Source: a virus. From it: a stretch of DNA of 64,000 bases. Of this stretch, positions 9,911-20,975 are shown in pieces (positions within the stretch are counted from its first letter, which is position 1; every line of letters starts with the position of its first letter). The DNA lies in IMG/VR virus record IMGVR_UViG_3300032315_000747, positions 1-64,000 of that record. The stretch is one strand, 5' to 3'. The position numbers were made by a program, and so were the translations under genes. The notes under the pieces are model-generated. The model was not told the DNA's origin, made no database searches, and was given only the letters and a program-made list of their open reading frames with translations.

Positions 9911-9959
9911 AAATGGCTATAAAAGGGCACATAACATCACTTGAACTCGCAAACAAAAA

Positions 9960-10019
9960 TTGACAACAGCATGGGCCAGTGCTATATATTAACACTGACT
10001 ATTGATAACAGTAGTCAGT
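9960..10019 (+). promoter_or_regulatory. Sigma70-like promoter plus 5' leader hairpin for the OMP gene
   Basis: TTGACA-17 nt-TATATA (9960-9988); ACTGACTATTG-ataa-CAGTAGTCAGT hairpin at 9994-10019. Confidence 0.65.
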
Positions 10020-10038
10020 TTTTAACAAAGGAAAAAGT

Positions 10039-10602
10039 ATGAAGAATCTATTTGCTATCGCTGCGGCTATGTCGCTAGTTGCCTTTACTACCCCTGCCCT
10101 AGCAGAACCGACCGTGACAGGTGAAGTTCATTTTGGTGATGCGCGGGGCGGCGCCCGTGCTGATTCGACTGAATATAGGGTCGAAGCCTGGGATACTATT
10201 GGAAAGGTCAACGTCGGAGCCGAGCTTCAAGCTAACCAAGCTGCTCGTGAAGGTGAACTCCAAGCTGCCTTTTCTGTCAAGGCAGGGGTCGATGGCCCGT
10301 CTTACTTCGGCGTCCAGACTGCCGTATATGGCGAATTGGGTGGAGTTCTCGCTGATGGCAACAACGGTGAGTTTTGGGGCGTTGGCGTGAAGCTTACTAG
10401 GCCTGTGTTTGGTCCAGTGTCAGTGGTTGCTGGATATCGTCACCGTGAAGGATTTGCGAATGACTACCTCAATGAAGATCGGTTGAATCTCGGACTTTCT
10501 TATGCATTTAGTGACAAGACCTCATTTGGTGCAGGATACTATCGTACTCGAGGTACTTTCGATAGTGAAACTGTCGGTGTTTCGGTAACTCGTAATTTCT
10601 AA
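10039..10602 (+). CDS. Outer-membrane beta-barrel protein
   Basis: Sec signal peptide ending ALA; alternating beta-strand pattern; C-terminal Phe (VSVTRNF). Confidence 0.85.
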   Translation: MKNLFAIAAAMSLVAFTTPALAEPTVTGEVHFGDARGGARADSTEYRVEAWDTIGKVNVGAELQANQAAREGELQAAFSVKAGVDGPSYFGVQTAVYGELGGVLADGNNGEFWGVGVKLTRPVFGPVSVVAGYRHREGFANDYLNEDRLNLGLSYAFSDKTSFGAGYYRTRGTFDSETVGVSVTRNF

Positions 10603-10612
10603 ATAGACTAAC

Positions 10613-10644
10613 GGAGTGGCGACAATTACATTGTCGCCATTTCC
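10613..10644 (+). terminator. Hairpin terminator after the OMP gene
   Basis: GGAGTGGCGACAAT-tac-ATTGTCGCCATTTCC. Confidence 0.65.
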
Positions 10645-10669
10645 ATATCTAATGATAAATATATATATT

Positions 10670-11377
10670 ATGAGAGCTACTGAATTCATCACCGAACGTA
10701 AGCGTAAAAGAAAAAAGCCCGGGAAAAAGGCGTATGGAGGATATTTCTATCCAGGGTATACCTTTTTTGGCGTTAGTGATTCGGGCGAGTCAGGTGGCGA
10801 TGGCGGGGGCGGAGAGAGCATCAACGAGGCGCCAGAGTTAGAGTTAGCCAAAAGACTCCCCTCACTCGCAAAGCATGATTATAATGCGATTGACACATTG
10901 ATGAAAAAAATTGCTCGTAAGCACAAAATCACCAGCAAAGCATTACATGACTTGTTTAAAAAGAAATTCAAATCTACACCTGATCATTGGATAAAAAATA
11001 AGCTAAACGAGACAACTAGTGAAATTGATTTAGCTGATGAAGTGCAGAAGTTTGCCAATTGGGCCAGCAAGAAAATTAACCTACAGAATCCTGTAAAAAT
11101 CGAATTAAGTATGGACACCGAAGAGGCCCAGACCAACCATCATACTGGCGGTCATACGCCAGGTTCCGACAGTATCTGGGTTTATGCTAAGAATCGTAAT
11201 CTCGTGGATATATTGAGAACTGTATTTCACGAACTTGTCCATATAAGACAAGGTGAGCTTAACATGATCAAGCCAGGTTCCAGTTATCCTGGTAGTCCTA
11301 TTGAGGCGATGGCAGACCTCTTAGCCGGAAAATACATCAAGATATATGGTGCGGATCACAATTATATCTTCCAATAG
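10670..11377 (+). CDS. Modular protein with C-terminal zincin (HExxH) domain and MRATEFITE leader
   Basis: LRTVFHELVHIRQ...E motif; ATAAATA at 10655; internal SINE and KLNE junctions. Confidence 0.75.
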   Translation: MRATEFITERKRKRKKPGKKAYGGYFYPGYTFFGVSDSGESGGDGGGGESINEAPELELAKRLPSLAKHDYNAIDTLMKKIARKHKITSKALHDLFKKKFKSTPDHWIKNKLNETTSEIDLADEVQKFANWASKKINLQNPVKIELSMDTEEAQTNHHTGGHTPGSDSIWVYAKNRNLVDILRTVFHELVHIRQGELNMIKPGSSYPGSPIEAMADLLAGKYIKIYGADHNYIFQ

Positions 11378-11455
11378 TATTGGGTACACTGCCCAATAAA
11401 AACCTTGACTTACTCTACTGTTAGCTATATACTGAACAGACTAGAAGGAGTAAAC

Positions 11456-11713
11456 ATGTCTAGAGTATTTAATTCCGAAGCTAAGTTGAAGTTAGTACAA
11501 ATAATCAATGAAGGTATGGGCGTTCTACAAGAAATCGAAACGCTAAACGAAGGTCTTAACGACACTATTAAGGCAATCGCAGAAGAGCTTGACATCAAGT
11601 CAAGTATACTCAAGAAAGCGATTAAAGTGGCTCATAAGGCTCGTTTGAATGAGACGAATGACGAAAACGCTGAACTCAATAATATCCTGGAGACTGTTGG
11701 TCGTACTGATTAA
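11456..11713 (+). CDS. T4 DsbA/GapR-like dsDNA-binding protein
   Basis: 85 aa helical protein with IKAIAEELDI...LKKAIKVAHK; AAGGAG RBS; TTGACT/TATACT promoter upstream. Confidence 0.65.
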   Translation: MSRVFNSEAKLKLVQIINEGMGVLQEIETLNEGLNDTIKAIAEELDIKSSILKKAIKVAHKARLNETNDENAELNNILETVGRTD

Positions 11714-14418
11714 TGTATATTGACGCGATATTAGATAGCAATGCTGACCGCATTCGTGTAGTTGAGCGGGGCGCCGACGGGAAACGAGCGTATAAAGAAT
11801 ATCCTACAAACTATGTTCTTTATTATCAGGATCCTAAAGGGAAGCATCGCTCTATCTATGGTGATCCTGTAACTCGCTTTTCTAGCCGTAAACGCGGTGA
11901 GTTCGAAAAAGAGCGAAGGATCCATTCTAATAAAAAGCTATTTGAAAGTGATGTCAATGTAGTTTTTAGGTGTCTGTCTGAAAACTACCTAAGAGCAGAA
12001 CCTCCAAAGCTTCACACTTGCTTCTTCGATATCGAAGTTGACTTTGATCCAGAAAAGGGCTTCAGTCCAACTTCAGATCCATTCAATCCAGTAACAGCGA
12101 TCAGTTGCTATCTTGATTGGTTGGATCAGCTTGTTACGTTAGTTATTCCGCCGAAACACATGACGGATGAGACTGCCCAAGAACTGGTCAAAGACTTCCC
12201 AAATACTTTCCTGTTTCGCAGTGAAATTGAAATGTTCGAGACGTTCTTTGACCTGATCGAAGATGCAGATGTATTGACTGGTTGGAACTCAGAAGGATAC
12301 GACATTCCATATATGGTAAATCGTATTACTCGCGTGATGTCTAAAGATGACACTCGCAAGTTCTGCCTCATGGGACAACTACCAAAGACTCGCACATACG
12401 AGCGATTCGGCAAAGAAGAACAGACATATGATCTAGTTGGTAGAATTCATATGGACTATCTTCAATTGTATAAGAAGTATAATTATGAATCACGACATAG
12501 TTATTCACTCGATGCTATCGGTGAATACGAACTAGGTGAGCGCAAGACCCAGTATGAGGGCACACTGGATCAATTGTACAACCGAGACTTCAAAACTTTC
12601 GTAGAATACAATCGTCAAGACACTATGCTTGTATTCAAGATCCACAACAAACTCAAATTTCTTGATCTTGCGAATGCGCTAGCTCATGAAAACACCGTAC
12701 TGCTACCAACTGTTATGGGTTCGGTGGCCATGATTGAAATGGCAGTTTATAATGAAGCACATGAACGAGGATTTATCGTTCCTGACAAGAAGCGTAGGGA
12801 TTCGTTTAGTGACGGACAACAAGCAGCAGGTGCGTATGTTGCTGTACCTAAGACGGGGATTCACGAATATGTCGGCGCAGTCGATATCAACTCACTCTAC
12901 CCCTCTGCCATCAGAGCCCTTAACATGGCTCCAGAGACTATTATCGGGCAGGTTCGTCAAACCCTTACTGACCAGTATATGCATGAAAAGAGCATTGCTC
13001 TTGCTAAAGAAAAGCGTAAGAAAAAGAACGGCGACGATGCAGAAGCCGTAATCGGTGCTATTCTTTGGGAAAATCTATTCGGTTCATTAGAATATACTGC
13101 TATCATGAACCAAGAACGCGGTACTATGCTCACCGTCGATTATGAAGATGGTCGATCAAAAGAGATGTCTGCTGCTGAAATCTGGAAGATGATTTTTGAC
13201 AGTCATAAGCCCTATATGCTATCAGCGAACGGAACCATCTTTACATACGAGAAAGAAGGCATCATTCCCGGATTGCTCTCACGCTGGTATTCTGAACGTA
13301 AAATACTTCAGAAGCAAGCTAAAGAAGCGTATGGCACTGATATGTATGAATACTATGACAAGCGACAGCTTGTTCGTAAGATTTTGCTTAACTCTGCATA
13401 CGGCGCGCTTCTCAATGAGCATTGTAGGTTCTATGATAAGCGTATAGGGCAGTCAGTTACGTTGTCTGGTAGACAGATCGTAAAGCATATGATGAGTCAG
13501 ATCAACGAGACTATCACTGAAAAATATCAACACGACGGTGATGCAATCGTATACGGTGACACCGATAGTTGCTATTTCTCTGCATATCATACGATCAAAC
13601 CGCAGATCGATAAGGGTGAGATTGAATGGAACAAGGAAGTATGCATACAATTATACGATAATATTGCTGATATCGCAAACGATAGTTTTCCAGGCTTCAT
13701 GGAGAAGGCATTTCATTGTCCCCGCAAGAACGGTGAGATCATCAAAGCTGGTCGTGAACTGATCGGAGATCGTACTCTATTCATCACAAAGAAGCGTTAT
13801 GCAATTAATATCTTTGATAAAGAAGGCAAGCGCAAAGATGTGAATGGTAAGATAGGTGAGATCAAGGCTATGGGTCTTGACTTGAAACGAGCAGATACTC
13901 CTAAGTATGTTCAGACGTTCTTGATGGAAGTGCTTGAGCAGGTACTGGGCGGCGTTCCTCGCGACGAGGTTATCACTAAGATCAGAGAATTCAAGACTTG
14001 GCTTTCTGAACAAGATAGTTGGACTAAAGGTTCTCCTAAGTCAGTCAACAATCTCACTAAACATACAGCGCAGTTCGAGAAGACCGGTCAGTGTAGTGTT
14101 GGACATGCGAAAGCTGCCATCAATTATAACTACCTGCGTAAGATGAACGGTGACCAATATAGTCAGAAGATCGTAGATGGTATGAAGGTTGTTGTATGTA
14201 CTCTCAAAGCAAATCCATTAGGGTTGACTTCGATTGCATATCCAACCGATGAGCTTAGACTACCGCAGTGGTTCCTTGAACTTCCTTTCGATGATAATGA
14301 AATGGAACGTAAGCTAGTCGATGAGAAGATCGATAACCTATTAGGTGTGCTTGACTGGAATATCAGAACAGATACTAACACTAACAGTACATTCAGTGAT
14401 CTGTTCAGTTTCGGTTAA
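11713..14418 (+). CDS. Family B DNA polymerase (T4 gp43-like)
   Basis: FDIE exonuclease motif, DINSLYPS, KILLNSAYG, YGDTDS, KKRY. Confidence 0.97.
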   Translation: MYIDAILDSNADRIRVVERGADGKRAYKEYPTNYVLYYQDPKGKHRSIYGDPVTRFSSRKRGEFEKERRIHSNKKLFESDVNVVFRCLSENYLRAEPPKLHTCFFDIEVDFDPEKGFSPTSDPFNPVTAISCYLDWLDQLVTLVIPPKHMTDETAQELVKDFPNTFLFRSEIEMFETFFDLIEDADVLTGWNSEGYDIPYMVNRITRVMSKDDTRKFCLMGQLPKTRTYERFGKEEQTYDLVGRIHMDYLQLYKKYNYESRHSYSLDAIGEYELGERKTQYEGTLDQLYNRDFKTFVEYNRQDTMLVFKIHNKLKFLDLANALAHENTVLLPTVMGSVAMIEMAVYNEAHERGFIVPDKKRRDSFSDGQQAAGAYVAVPKTGIHEYVGAVDINSLYPSAIRALNMAPETIIGQVRQTLTDQYMHEKSIALAKEKRKKKNGDDAEAVIGAILWENLFGSLEYTAIMNQERGTMLTVDYEDGRSKEMSAAEIWKMIFDSHKPYMLSANGTIFTYEKEGIIPGLLSRWYSERKILQKQAKEAYGTDMYEYYDKRQLVRKILLNSAYGALLNEHCRFYDKRIGQSVTLSGRQIVKHMMSQINETITEKYQHDGDAIVYGDTDSCYFSAYHTIKPQIDKGEIEWNKEVCIQLYDNIADIANDSFPGFMEKAFHCPRKNGEIIKAGRELIGDRTLFITKKRYAINIFDKEGKRKDVNGKIGEIKAMGLDLKRADTPKYVQTFLMEVLEQVLGGVPRDEVITKIREFKTWLSEQDSWTKGSPKSVNNLTKHTAQFEKTGQCSVGHAKAAINYNYLRKMNGDQYSQKIVDGMKVVVCTLKANPLGLTSIAYPTDELRLPQWFLELPFDDNEMERKLVDEKIDNLLGVLDWNIRTDTNTNSTFSDLFSFG

Positions 14419-14494
14419 CAACATCCTTGACAATCGTAATAAATTCCTATATTCTACACAATATAGATACCTAAATACTACAAAGGAAAAAGAA

Positions 14495-15226
14495 ATGAAA
14501 GATTATCTGCTTGATTTGATTCAACACACTCATGGTCTGGGTGTAGTTGATCTCGTGAAGATTGTCGGTACTGATGCAGAAACGTTAGTTTCTGCGGTAT
14601 CAGACGACAAGACTGTTATCGTTAATGGGACATTCAAGGCCCCGATCGCAGAATTTATTGGCACCTTCGGCATGCCTAATTTGTCGAAGTTGAAGACTAT
14701 CTTGTCGTTCGATGACTATGACGACACTTCTACTATCAACGTGGGGCGAGGAACTAAGGAAGATGCGGCAGCTCCTGCAAGTATTCACTTCGAAACTAAG
14801 ACGGGCGATTTCGTTAACGACTATCGACTGATGGCAAAGACATTGGTCGAAGACAAGATCAAGAAGGTAACATTCAATGGCGCCAGTTGGGACGTTTCGT
14901 TCGATCCTAGTACTGCTGGCATCCAGCGTCTAAAGAAGCAGTCGTCAGTTCACAGTGAAGACCTTCACTTCAAGACCAAGACAGAAAATAAGAACCTAGT
15001 TGTGTATTTCGGTGATCCGTCTTCGCACTCTGGCAATTTCGTATTACAGTCAGATGTCTCTGGAAGTCTCTCACGTCCTTGGAATTGGCCTGTGAAGGTT
15101 TTTCTTGCGATCATGGATCTACCCGGTGATAAGACTGTCAGCTTCTCTGATCAAGGCGTTGCCCAGATCGTAGTTGACAATCCGATCTCTAAGTATCATT
15201 ATTATCTTCCTGCACAGGCTAAGTAA
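14495..15226 (+). CDS. Sliding clamp (gp45/PCNA-like)
   Basis: 243 aa from ATG 14495 with AAGGA RBS; follows polB; clamp-like alpha/beta pattern ending YHYYLPA. Confidence 0.7.
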   Translation: MKDYLLDLIQHTHGLGVVDLVKIVGTDAETLVSAVSDDKTVIVNGTFKAPIAEFIGTFGMPNLSKLKTILSFDDYDDTSTINVGRGTKEDAAAPASIHFETKTGDFVNDYRLMAKTLVEDKIKKVTFNGASWDVSFDPSTAGIQRLKKQSSVHSEDLHFKTKTENKNLVVYFGDPSSHSGNFVLQSDVSGSLSRPWNWPVKVFLAIMDLPGDKTVSFSDQGVAQIVVDNPISKYHYYLPAQAK

Positions 15227-15603
15227 TGATCAAGACCGTCGTTGGCAATAGATATATAATGGTCGAGGGAGGGTCACCGGCAGGAACTTACCTCAATCAT
15301 ACATCGAGTCCTTTGGGTGCGGGGAATGTTCGATGGAATGCCAACTTTCAATGGTTTGAAGTATATGATGGCATATCTTGGACATCGGTTGTACAAGGGC
15401 ATACTAGTGTGAGTCTAACTCCTGAAGCGGCGAATATCCTTGATTGGGCTAAGAAAAAGATGCATGAAGAAACTGAACTTGCTAGACTAGCAGAACACAA
15501 TCCTACTATCGCTGGCTTAATCGAACAGAAAAAAAATCTTGATGACAAGATCAAGATGGTACAAATCTTAGTTAGAGAAGAGCCGAAACTTGGAACAAAT
15601 TAA
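15226..15603 (+). CDS. Hypothetical phage protein
   Basis: Coupled TAATG start; GNVRWN...FEVYDG..W motif and C-terminal coiled coil. Confidence 0.7.
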   Translation: MIKTVVGNRYIMVEGGSPAGTYLNHTSSPLGAGNVRWNANFQWFEVYDGISWTSVVQGHTSVSLTPEAANILDWAKKKMHEETELARLAEHNPTIAGLIEQKKNLDDKIKMVQILVREEPKLGTN

Positions 15604-17179
15604 TCTCTCGGCGTCACATGATCCAGAATGGGCGTTGTTTTTACCAGCAGTCTCGTCTTTCTTCATCTCGGGTCTTGGCAAGCAGCGTGAAGGTGAAAAC
15701 TATTTTGACCCGGCGAGAATTCCTGCGGCATTCAACGGTGATGTTGAGAAGTTAAACTTCCTTAACGAGAAGGAAGGCTTGTATACTTACAAGTGGGGCC
15801 TGTACTCTGCTGGTCACGCTAACCTAGATATCACGAAGGACGACAACAACGAATCAATCATTCGTAAGCGTGATCGCAAGAACACTTTCCTTCTAGGGGA
15901 CTCAGGTGGATTCCAGATTCTTAAGTGTCAGTGGCCTGCTGACTGGAAGGATCCTAACTGTCCCCGAGCGATGAAGAAAAGAACTGAGGTCCTTAAGTGG
16001 ATGGACGAATACATGGACTATGGTATGTGTCTTGATATTCCATCACAATCCCTGACAACTTATCACATTGAAGATCCAAAAACTCAGAAAAAAGACCCAG
16101 TAACTAAAAAGCCTATACCGGGTACGGGTATATCTATGCATGGCATTGCAACTATTCAAGATGCTATCACCGCTACCCATATCAACAATGAGTATTTTGT
16201 TGCTAATCGTGACGGTCGTTGCAAGTTTCTGAACGTTCTACAGGGTCGCAACCATACTCAGTCAGACGTTTGGTATGAAGAGATGAAGAAGTACTGCGAT
16301 ACAGCAGTGTACGGAGATCGTGCATTCAATGGTTGGGCATTCGGCGGCCAAAACAAGATCGATATCCACCTGATGCTCAAGCGTCTTGTCGGCATCATTC
16401 ATGATGGTTATCTTGAAGAAGGTAAGCAGGACTTAGTTCACTGTCTTGGAACTTCGATCATGGAGTATGCTGTATTGTTTACAGATATTCAGAAAGCAAT
16501 ACGTAAATATCACAATCCTAAACTACAGATCACCTTTGACTGTGCTAGTCCGTTCTTTGCGGCTGCTAAAGGTCTTGCTTACAATAACAATACGTTTGAG
16601 CATGGTAAGAAGTGGGCGTATGCGATGGAGAAGACTGCTGAAAACAAGAAGTATGCGACAGATACTCGCAAGTTCAGCGATGCAGTATTACAAGATAAGA
16701 TTCATAAGTTCTTTACAGATAGTCCAGTAACTGATCTATTAACGGTGAAAGACATTTGCTATCGTGGTCAGGGATTCTTGGGTCAGCATGGCAAAGAGAC
16801 CAAGACTAGTTGGGATACATTGAGTTATACATTGATTCAGGCTCACAACGTCTATCAGCATATGAGTGCTGTTCAAGAAGCTAATCGCAGGTATGAAACT
16901 GGGGTCAAACCCAAGATGGTTATGGATCCTCTCGGACACCTTAAATTTGCTGACATTGTTGATGAGATTTTTTCTCTGAAGGATCGTCAAAAAAGTCTTA
17001 GCATGATCGACAATTATGATACATTTTGGCAGCAGATTAAAGCTGGTCAAGGTTTCTCAGGTAAGAAAACCGTCAACGCACAAACGATGTTCAGTCAATT
17101 GTTCACTATAGAAGAGGAACCAGAGATCGAAGAAGTCGTTGAAGATAGCGACGATGCGATTTTGGAAGTACTAGATTGA
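15590..17179 (+). CDS. dpdA: TGT-fold transglycosylase, DpdA-like (7-deazaguanine insertion)
   Basis: TGT motifs GDSGGFQ, LDIP, NVLQG, GWAFGG, HCLG, FDCAS; in a cluster with folE/queD/queE. Confidence 0.8.
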   Translation: MEQINLSASHDPEWALFLPAVSSFFISGLGKQREGENYFDPARIPAAFNGDVEKLNFLNEKEGLYTYKWGLYSAGHANLDITKDDNNESIIRKRDRKNTFLLGDSGGFQILKCQWPADWKDPNCPRAMKKRTEVLKWMDEYMDYGMCLDIPSQSLTTYHIEDPKTQKKDPVTKKPIPGTGISMHGIATIQDAITATHINNEYFVANRDGRCKFLNVLQGRNHTQSDVWYEEMKKYCDTAVYGDRAFNGWAFGGQNKIDIHLMLKRLVGIIHDGYLEEGKQDLVHCLGTSIMEYAVLFTDIQKAIRKYHNPKLQITFDCASPFFAAAKGLAYNNNTFEHGKKWAYAMEKTAENKKYATDTRKFSDAVLQDKIHKFFTDSPVTDLLTVKDICYRGQGFLGQHGKETKTSWDTLSYTLIQAHNVYQHMSAVQEANRRYETGVKPKMVMDPLGHLKFADIVDEIFSLKDRQKSLSMIDNYDTFWQQIKAGQGFSGKKTVNAQTMFSQLFTIEEEPEIEEVVEDSDDAILEVLD

Positions 17180-17243
17180 ATAAAACACTTGCAATCGACA
17201 CGACTCCGTGTTATATTAAAAATATGGTAGTGAGATATTACTA

Positions 17244-17720
17244 ATGGAAAATACTGTAACAACTATACTCTCTGTTAGAGAACAAGCACAGGCTGAAAAG
17301 CGTGTTCGTATCAGGGAACGTGCAAAGCGCATGATCTGGGTAACTTTTCAGCGAGAAGGTATCCACAAGTATCCGGGAGCAGATACTGATCTGAGTCTGG
17401 CAACGGGAGACGAATATGATGTCAGTTTTCTAGGTTTCCCGCACAGACATATTTTCCACTTTACAGTGGGAATACAAGTATTTCATAACGACCGAGATAT
17501 AGAGTTTATTCAGTTCAAGCGTTGGCTCGAAAAGAGTTTCAATGATGGACTGATGCAACTAGACTATCGTTCGTGTGAAATGGTTAGCGATGAACTATAT
17601 GATATGATTGCGACTCGCTATCCAAAACGTGACATTGAGATTACTGTTTCAGAAGACGGTGAGAACGGTGCCACTATCTACTATAATGCAACTCGTCCTT
17701 CTCAATCAATCCCCATCTAA
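17244..17720 (+). CDS. dpdL: QueD-like T-fold protein, DpdL-like (putative CDG decarboxylase)
   Basis: LGFPHRHIF matches the LxxxHRHxF signature; also SCE and VSEDGENG T-fold motifs. Confidence 0.75.
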   Translation: MENTVTTILSVREQAQAEKRVRIRERAKRMIWVTFQREGIHKYPGADTDLSLATGDEYDVSFLGFPHRHIFHFTVGIQVFHNDRDIEFIQFKRWLEKSFNDGLMQLDYRSCEMVSDELYDMIATRYPKRDIEITVSEDGENGATIYYNATRPSQSIPI

Positions 17721-17731
17721 AGGAATATAAA

Positions 17732-17974
17732 ATGTCTAAGAGCCCAATTAAGTCTAATGCCGTCCGTGTTCGTCAGGTTTTTGATGATCTTGATAATTAT
17801 CGTACTTTCTGCCGAGATTTCGGTTATGGATTCGATGAGCGTGATCTATATAGTAATAAGAGCTATGTTTATCGGCAATATCAGAAATTTATTGCTGGTA
17901 AGCCAGTGAAGAATCAATGGGAAATTGATTTAGCACGATTTAAAGAACAGGCGACAACCAGTCGTCGTGGATAA
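17732..17974 (+). CDS. Hypothetical phage protein
   Basis: AAGGA RBS; VFDDLDNYRTFCRDFG.FDERDLY. Confidence 0.7.
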   Translation: MSKSPIKSNAVRVRQVFDDLDNYRTFCRDFGYGFDERDLYSNKSYVYRQYQKFIAGKPVKNQWEIDLARFKEQATTSRRG

Positions 17975-18731
17975 AGTAGTTGTCATCGTAACGGGAGGCT
18001 TCGATCCACTGCATAGCGGGCATTTGAGTTATATCAATGCAGCGCGTGCATTGGGTGACATTCTCGTTGTGGGAATCAATAGTGATGAGTGGCTGATACG
18101 TAAGAAGGATCGGCCATTCATGTCACACCAAGAAAGATCGGCTATCATGGCAGCTTTACTGGGTGTAGATTATGTGTGGACATTCGATGATGCTGATGGT
18201 AGCGGCAAAGATGCTATTCGAATAGCAAGAAATATGTTTCCAGATTCGAAACTAATCTTTGCTAACGGAGGCGACCGTACCATCGAAAATATTCCTGAAA
18301 TGGATATAGATGATGACAACATCGAATTTGCATTTGGTGTTGGCGGCAGTAACAAAGCCAATAGTTCAAGTCAGTTACTACACGAATGGAAAGTACCCAA
18401 AACAAATCGTAGCTGGGGATATTATCGAGTATTACACGACCAGCATCCCGGAGTGAAACTCAAAGAACTTGTAATCGATCCGGGCAAATGTTTGAGTATG
18501 CAGCGGCACAAAAATAGATCAGAACTGTGGTTTGTTGCAGAAGGGATAGCTCTGCTAAAAAGCCAAACTGATGTTCCAACAGTACATGAACGGTTTGATA
18601 TTATCAATGTTCCCAAAGATAGCTGGCACCAACTGGCAAACGCATCATCGGACAGTCCATTAAAGATCATCGAGATTCAATATGGCACAGAATGCAACGA
18701 AGAAGACATAGAGAGAAAACATAATGCGTAA
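17967..18731 (+). CDS. Cytidylyltransferase-like (HxGH) domain fused to a type II PMI-like cupin
   Basis: TGGFDPLHSGH, GINSD, FANGGDR; RSWG...LSMQRH..RSELW...WHQL...IIEIQ.G..EEDIER. Confidence 0.88.
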   Translation: MDKVVVIVTGGFDPLHSGHLSYINAARALGDILVVGINSDEWLIRKKDRPFMSHQERSAIMAALLGVDYVWTFDDADGSGKDAIRIARNMFPDSKLIFANGGDRTIENIPEMDIDDDNIEFAFGVGGSNKANSSSQLLHEWKVPKTNRSWGYYRVLHDQHPGVKLKELVIDPGKCLSMQRHKNRSELWFVAEGIALLKSQTDVPTVHERFDIINVPKDSWHQLANASSDSPLKIIEIQYGTECNEEDIERKHNA

Positions 18732-19911
18732 CCTATTCTACATGGGGCTTGAGGCCTATACCGCTCGTTACACACTACAACTTACAGACTGGAACAGTCG
18801 GGTATTTCATGACCGTAAACTCAAGGTCGTTTATGTTCCCGGAACAACTCTAGGCAACAGTCAAAAGATTGTTGTCGGACAAGTACTAGATGCACATGGT
18901 CGCAGCTATTTTGCCATGAGTCAGATGATGAATCTGGTAGCGATGATGCAAAAAGGTGAAATTACTAACGAAGACGTAATCTACTTCGAAGATATGTTTC
19001 AGCCGGGCTTTGAGAGTCTTGGGTATATCTTGAATCAGGTCCCCGATAAGCTACGTCCGCGTATCTTTGTTCGTTGTCTTGCACAGACTATCGACCCAGA
19101 TGACTTTGTTCATGTCTGGGGCATGAACAAGTGGATGGGAAATTACGAACATATGGTTAATGACATCGTTTCTTTCTCTAAGGGTGCAATTCTCGCAACC
19201 AGTGAAGAAATGGTCATGAACATGAAGATTGCAGGTTGGACTGCTCCTATCTATAATATCTCAGGACTTGCTTTTGGCAAGTATGAAGTTATTGGGCGAG
19301 TAGAAAAGATTAAGGCTTTTACTGATCGTCGTATGCGAGTTGTGTTCTCGGCCAGATGGGATCAGGAGAAGCAGCCAGACTTCTATATGGATTTGATTGA
19401 AGCATGGAGTGAAAGATATCCCAGTAAAGATGTTGAGTTCGTTGTTTGTAGTGGTAGTTCACTGAAGTCAAACAATGAAAGTTACATGGTCCGTACTCGT
19501 AAGATGCAAGATAGCGGCAAGCTGACTATCTACGAAAACCTCGAAAAGGATCAGTATTACGAGATTCTTAACGATAGTCGTGTAGTCTTCAATTGTGCAT
19601 TGCAAGATTGGGTCTCAAACACGGTAAGCGAAGCAGATGCATTAGGTTGTAACGTACTTTATCCAGCGTATCGCTCGTTCCCTGAAACATTCGCAAATGA
19701 TCATGAACGTCTCTATACGCCATGGTCGTTAGAAGATGCAGTCAATAAGTTGGATCCTCTTCTCAGGAAACCGCATCCAAATATGGGTAAAATCAGTGAC
19801 TGGACTAATAGTACTGTTGATCGCATCGTTGATATCATTGAAGGTAAAGGTGAAGGGTGGTTACGCATGTCAACTGACTATCGTAAGTATTCTAAGGAAG
19901 CAAAGTACTAA
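18724..19911 (+). CDS. GT-B (GT4-like) glycosyltransferase
   Basis: [30 protein letters not shown]. Confidence 0.8.
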   Translation: MRNLFYMGLEAYTARYTLQLTDWNSRVFHDRKLKVVYVPGTTLGNSQKIVVGQVLDAHGRSYFAMSQMMNLVAMMQKGEITNEDVIYFEDMFQPGFESLGYILNQVPDKLRPRIFVRCLAQTIDPDDFVHVWGMNKWMGNYEHMVNDIVSFSKGAILATSEEMVMNMKIAGWTAPIYNISGLAFGKYEVIGRVEKIKAFTDRRMRVVFSARWDQEKQPDFYMDLIEAWSERYPSKDVEFVVCSGSSLKSNNESYMVRTRKMQDSGKLTIYENLEKDQYYEILNDSRVVFNCALQDWVSNTVSEADALGCNVLYPAYRSFPETFANDHERLYTPWSLEDAVNKLDPLLRKPHPNMGKISDWTNSTVDRIVDIIEGKGEGWLRMSTDYRKYSKEAKY

Positions 19912-20975
19912 TGCATATTGAAAACGAAATTCTGCTAGACTTTGGTGATGTGTTGATTCGGCCAAAAAGGTCAACACTAGCTAGCCGTAAAGAAGTACAT
20001 CTGCATCGAACCTATACATTTAAGCATAGCGGTCATGTTTGGAATGGTATCCCTATTATAGCTGCTAACATGGATGGTGTAGGCACCGTCGAAATGGCTT
20101 TGGCATTGCAAACTCAAGACATATTTACTTGCTTAACCAAAGATAATATTGAAATTCCCCATGGGTTAAATTCTGATAGATATGCTATCAGTACAGGCAC
20201 AAGTGATAAAGATTTTGAACGCTTGCAAATGCTATTAAACAAGCATCCTTATATTCATTTTATCTGCATTGATGTTGCTAACGGATATAGCGAACACTTT
20301 GGTGACTTTGTTGCTAAGGTTAGAAAAGAATACCCCGCTCATACAATCATTGCGGGCAATGTTGTTACCGCAGATATGACACAGGAGTTAATTTTACGTG
20401 GAGCAGATATTGTTAAGGTGGGCATCGGGCCTGGGAGCGTTTGCACAACTCGTATTCAAACTGGCGTTGGTTATCCTCAGCTTAGTGCTATTGTGGAGTG
20501 CAGTGATGCTGCTCACGGTCTTGGTGGCCATATCATCGCCGACGGAGGCTGCACCTGTCCAGGAGATGTTGCCAAGGCGTTCGGCGCCGGTGCAGATTTC
20601 GTGATGCTAGGTGGAATGCTTGCTGGCCACGACGAGGGCGGCGGAAAAATATTCAAACGCTGGGTAAAAACTGAATATTCTAGTGAACTAGGTAAACCCA
20701 TTCGCGATTGCGAATACCGAGTACAGTTCTATGGTATGAGTTCCGATTCGGCTATGCATAAGCATCACGGCAGTGTTGCTGACTATCGTAGTAGTGAAGG
20801 ACGCACGGTAGAGATTCCTTATAAGGGTCCGGTAGAAGATACTGTTAAGGATATTCTGGGCGGGCTCCGTAGTACTTGCACTTACGTCGGAGCAAGTGAA
20901 CTTAAGCACCTTAGCAAATGCACAACCTTTGTTCGGGTAAATAAACAATTTAATGATATATACGTCAAGCGATAA
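19911..20975 (+). CDS. guaC: GMP reductase
   Basis: [48 protein letters not shown]. Confidence 0.95.
   Translation: MHIENEILLDFGDVLIRPKRSTLASRKEVHLHRTYTFKHSGHVWNGIPIIAANMDGVGTVEMALALQTQDIFTCLTKDNIEIPHGLNSDRYAISTGTSDKDFERLQMLLNKHPYIHFICIDVANGYSEHFGDFVAKVRKEYPAHTIIAGNVVTADMTQELILRGADIVKVGIGPGSVCTTRIQTGVGYPQLSAIVECSDAAHGLGGHIIADGGCTCPGDVAKAFGAGADFVMLGGMLAGHDEGGGKIFKRWVKTEYSSELGKPIRDCEYRVQFYGMSSDSAMHKHHGSVADYRSSEGRTVEIPYKGPVEDTVKDILGGLRSTCTYVGASELKHLSKCTTFVRVNKQFNDIYVKR

Noticed and set aside
11713-14418. Intein or intron in the DNA polymerase
   Set aside because: 901 aa with contiguous motifs; no splice-junction or homing endonuclease motifs seen
14345-14494. N-terminal extensions given by the ORF track (also 3812, 7769, 9178, 9437, 10616, 11405, 31429, 43199, 45560, 57974, 60391, 61432)
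   Set aside because: They run through promoters or upstream genes; downstream ATGs have RBSs or the shared leader motif
15590-17179. Canonical tRNA-guanine transglycosylase for queuosine
   Set aside because: Lacks the CxCxxC zinc motif, is highly divergent, and sits beside polB without queA/queF/queC; a DNA-related paralog fits better, though tRNA activity is not excluded
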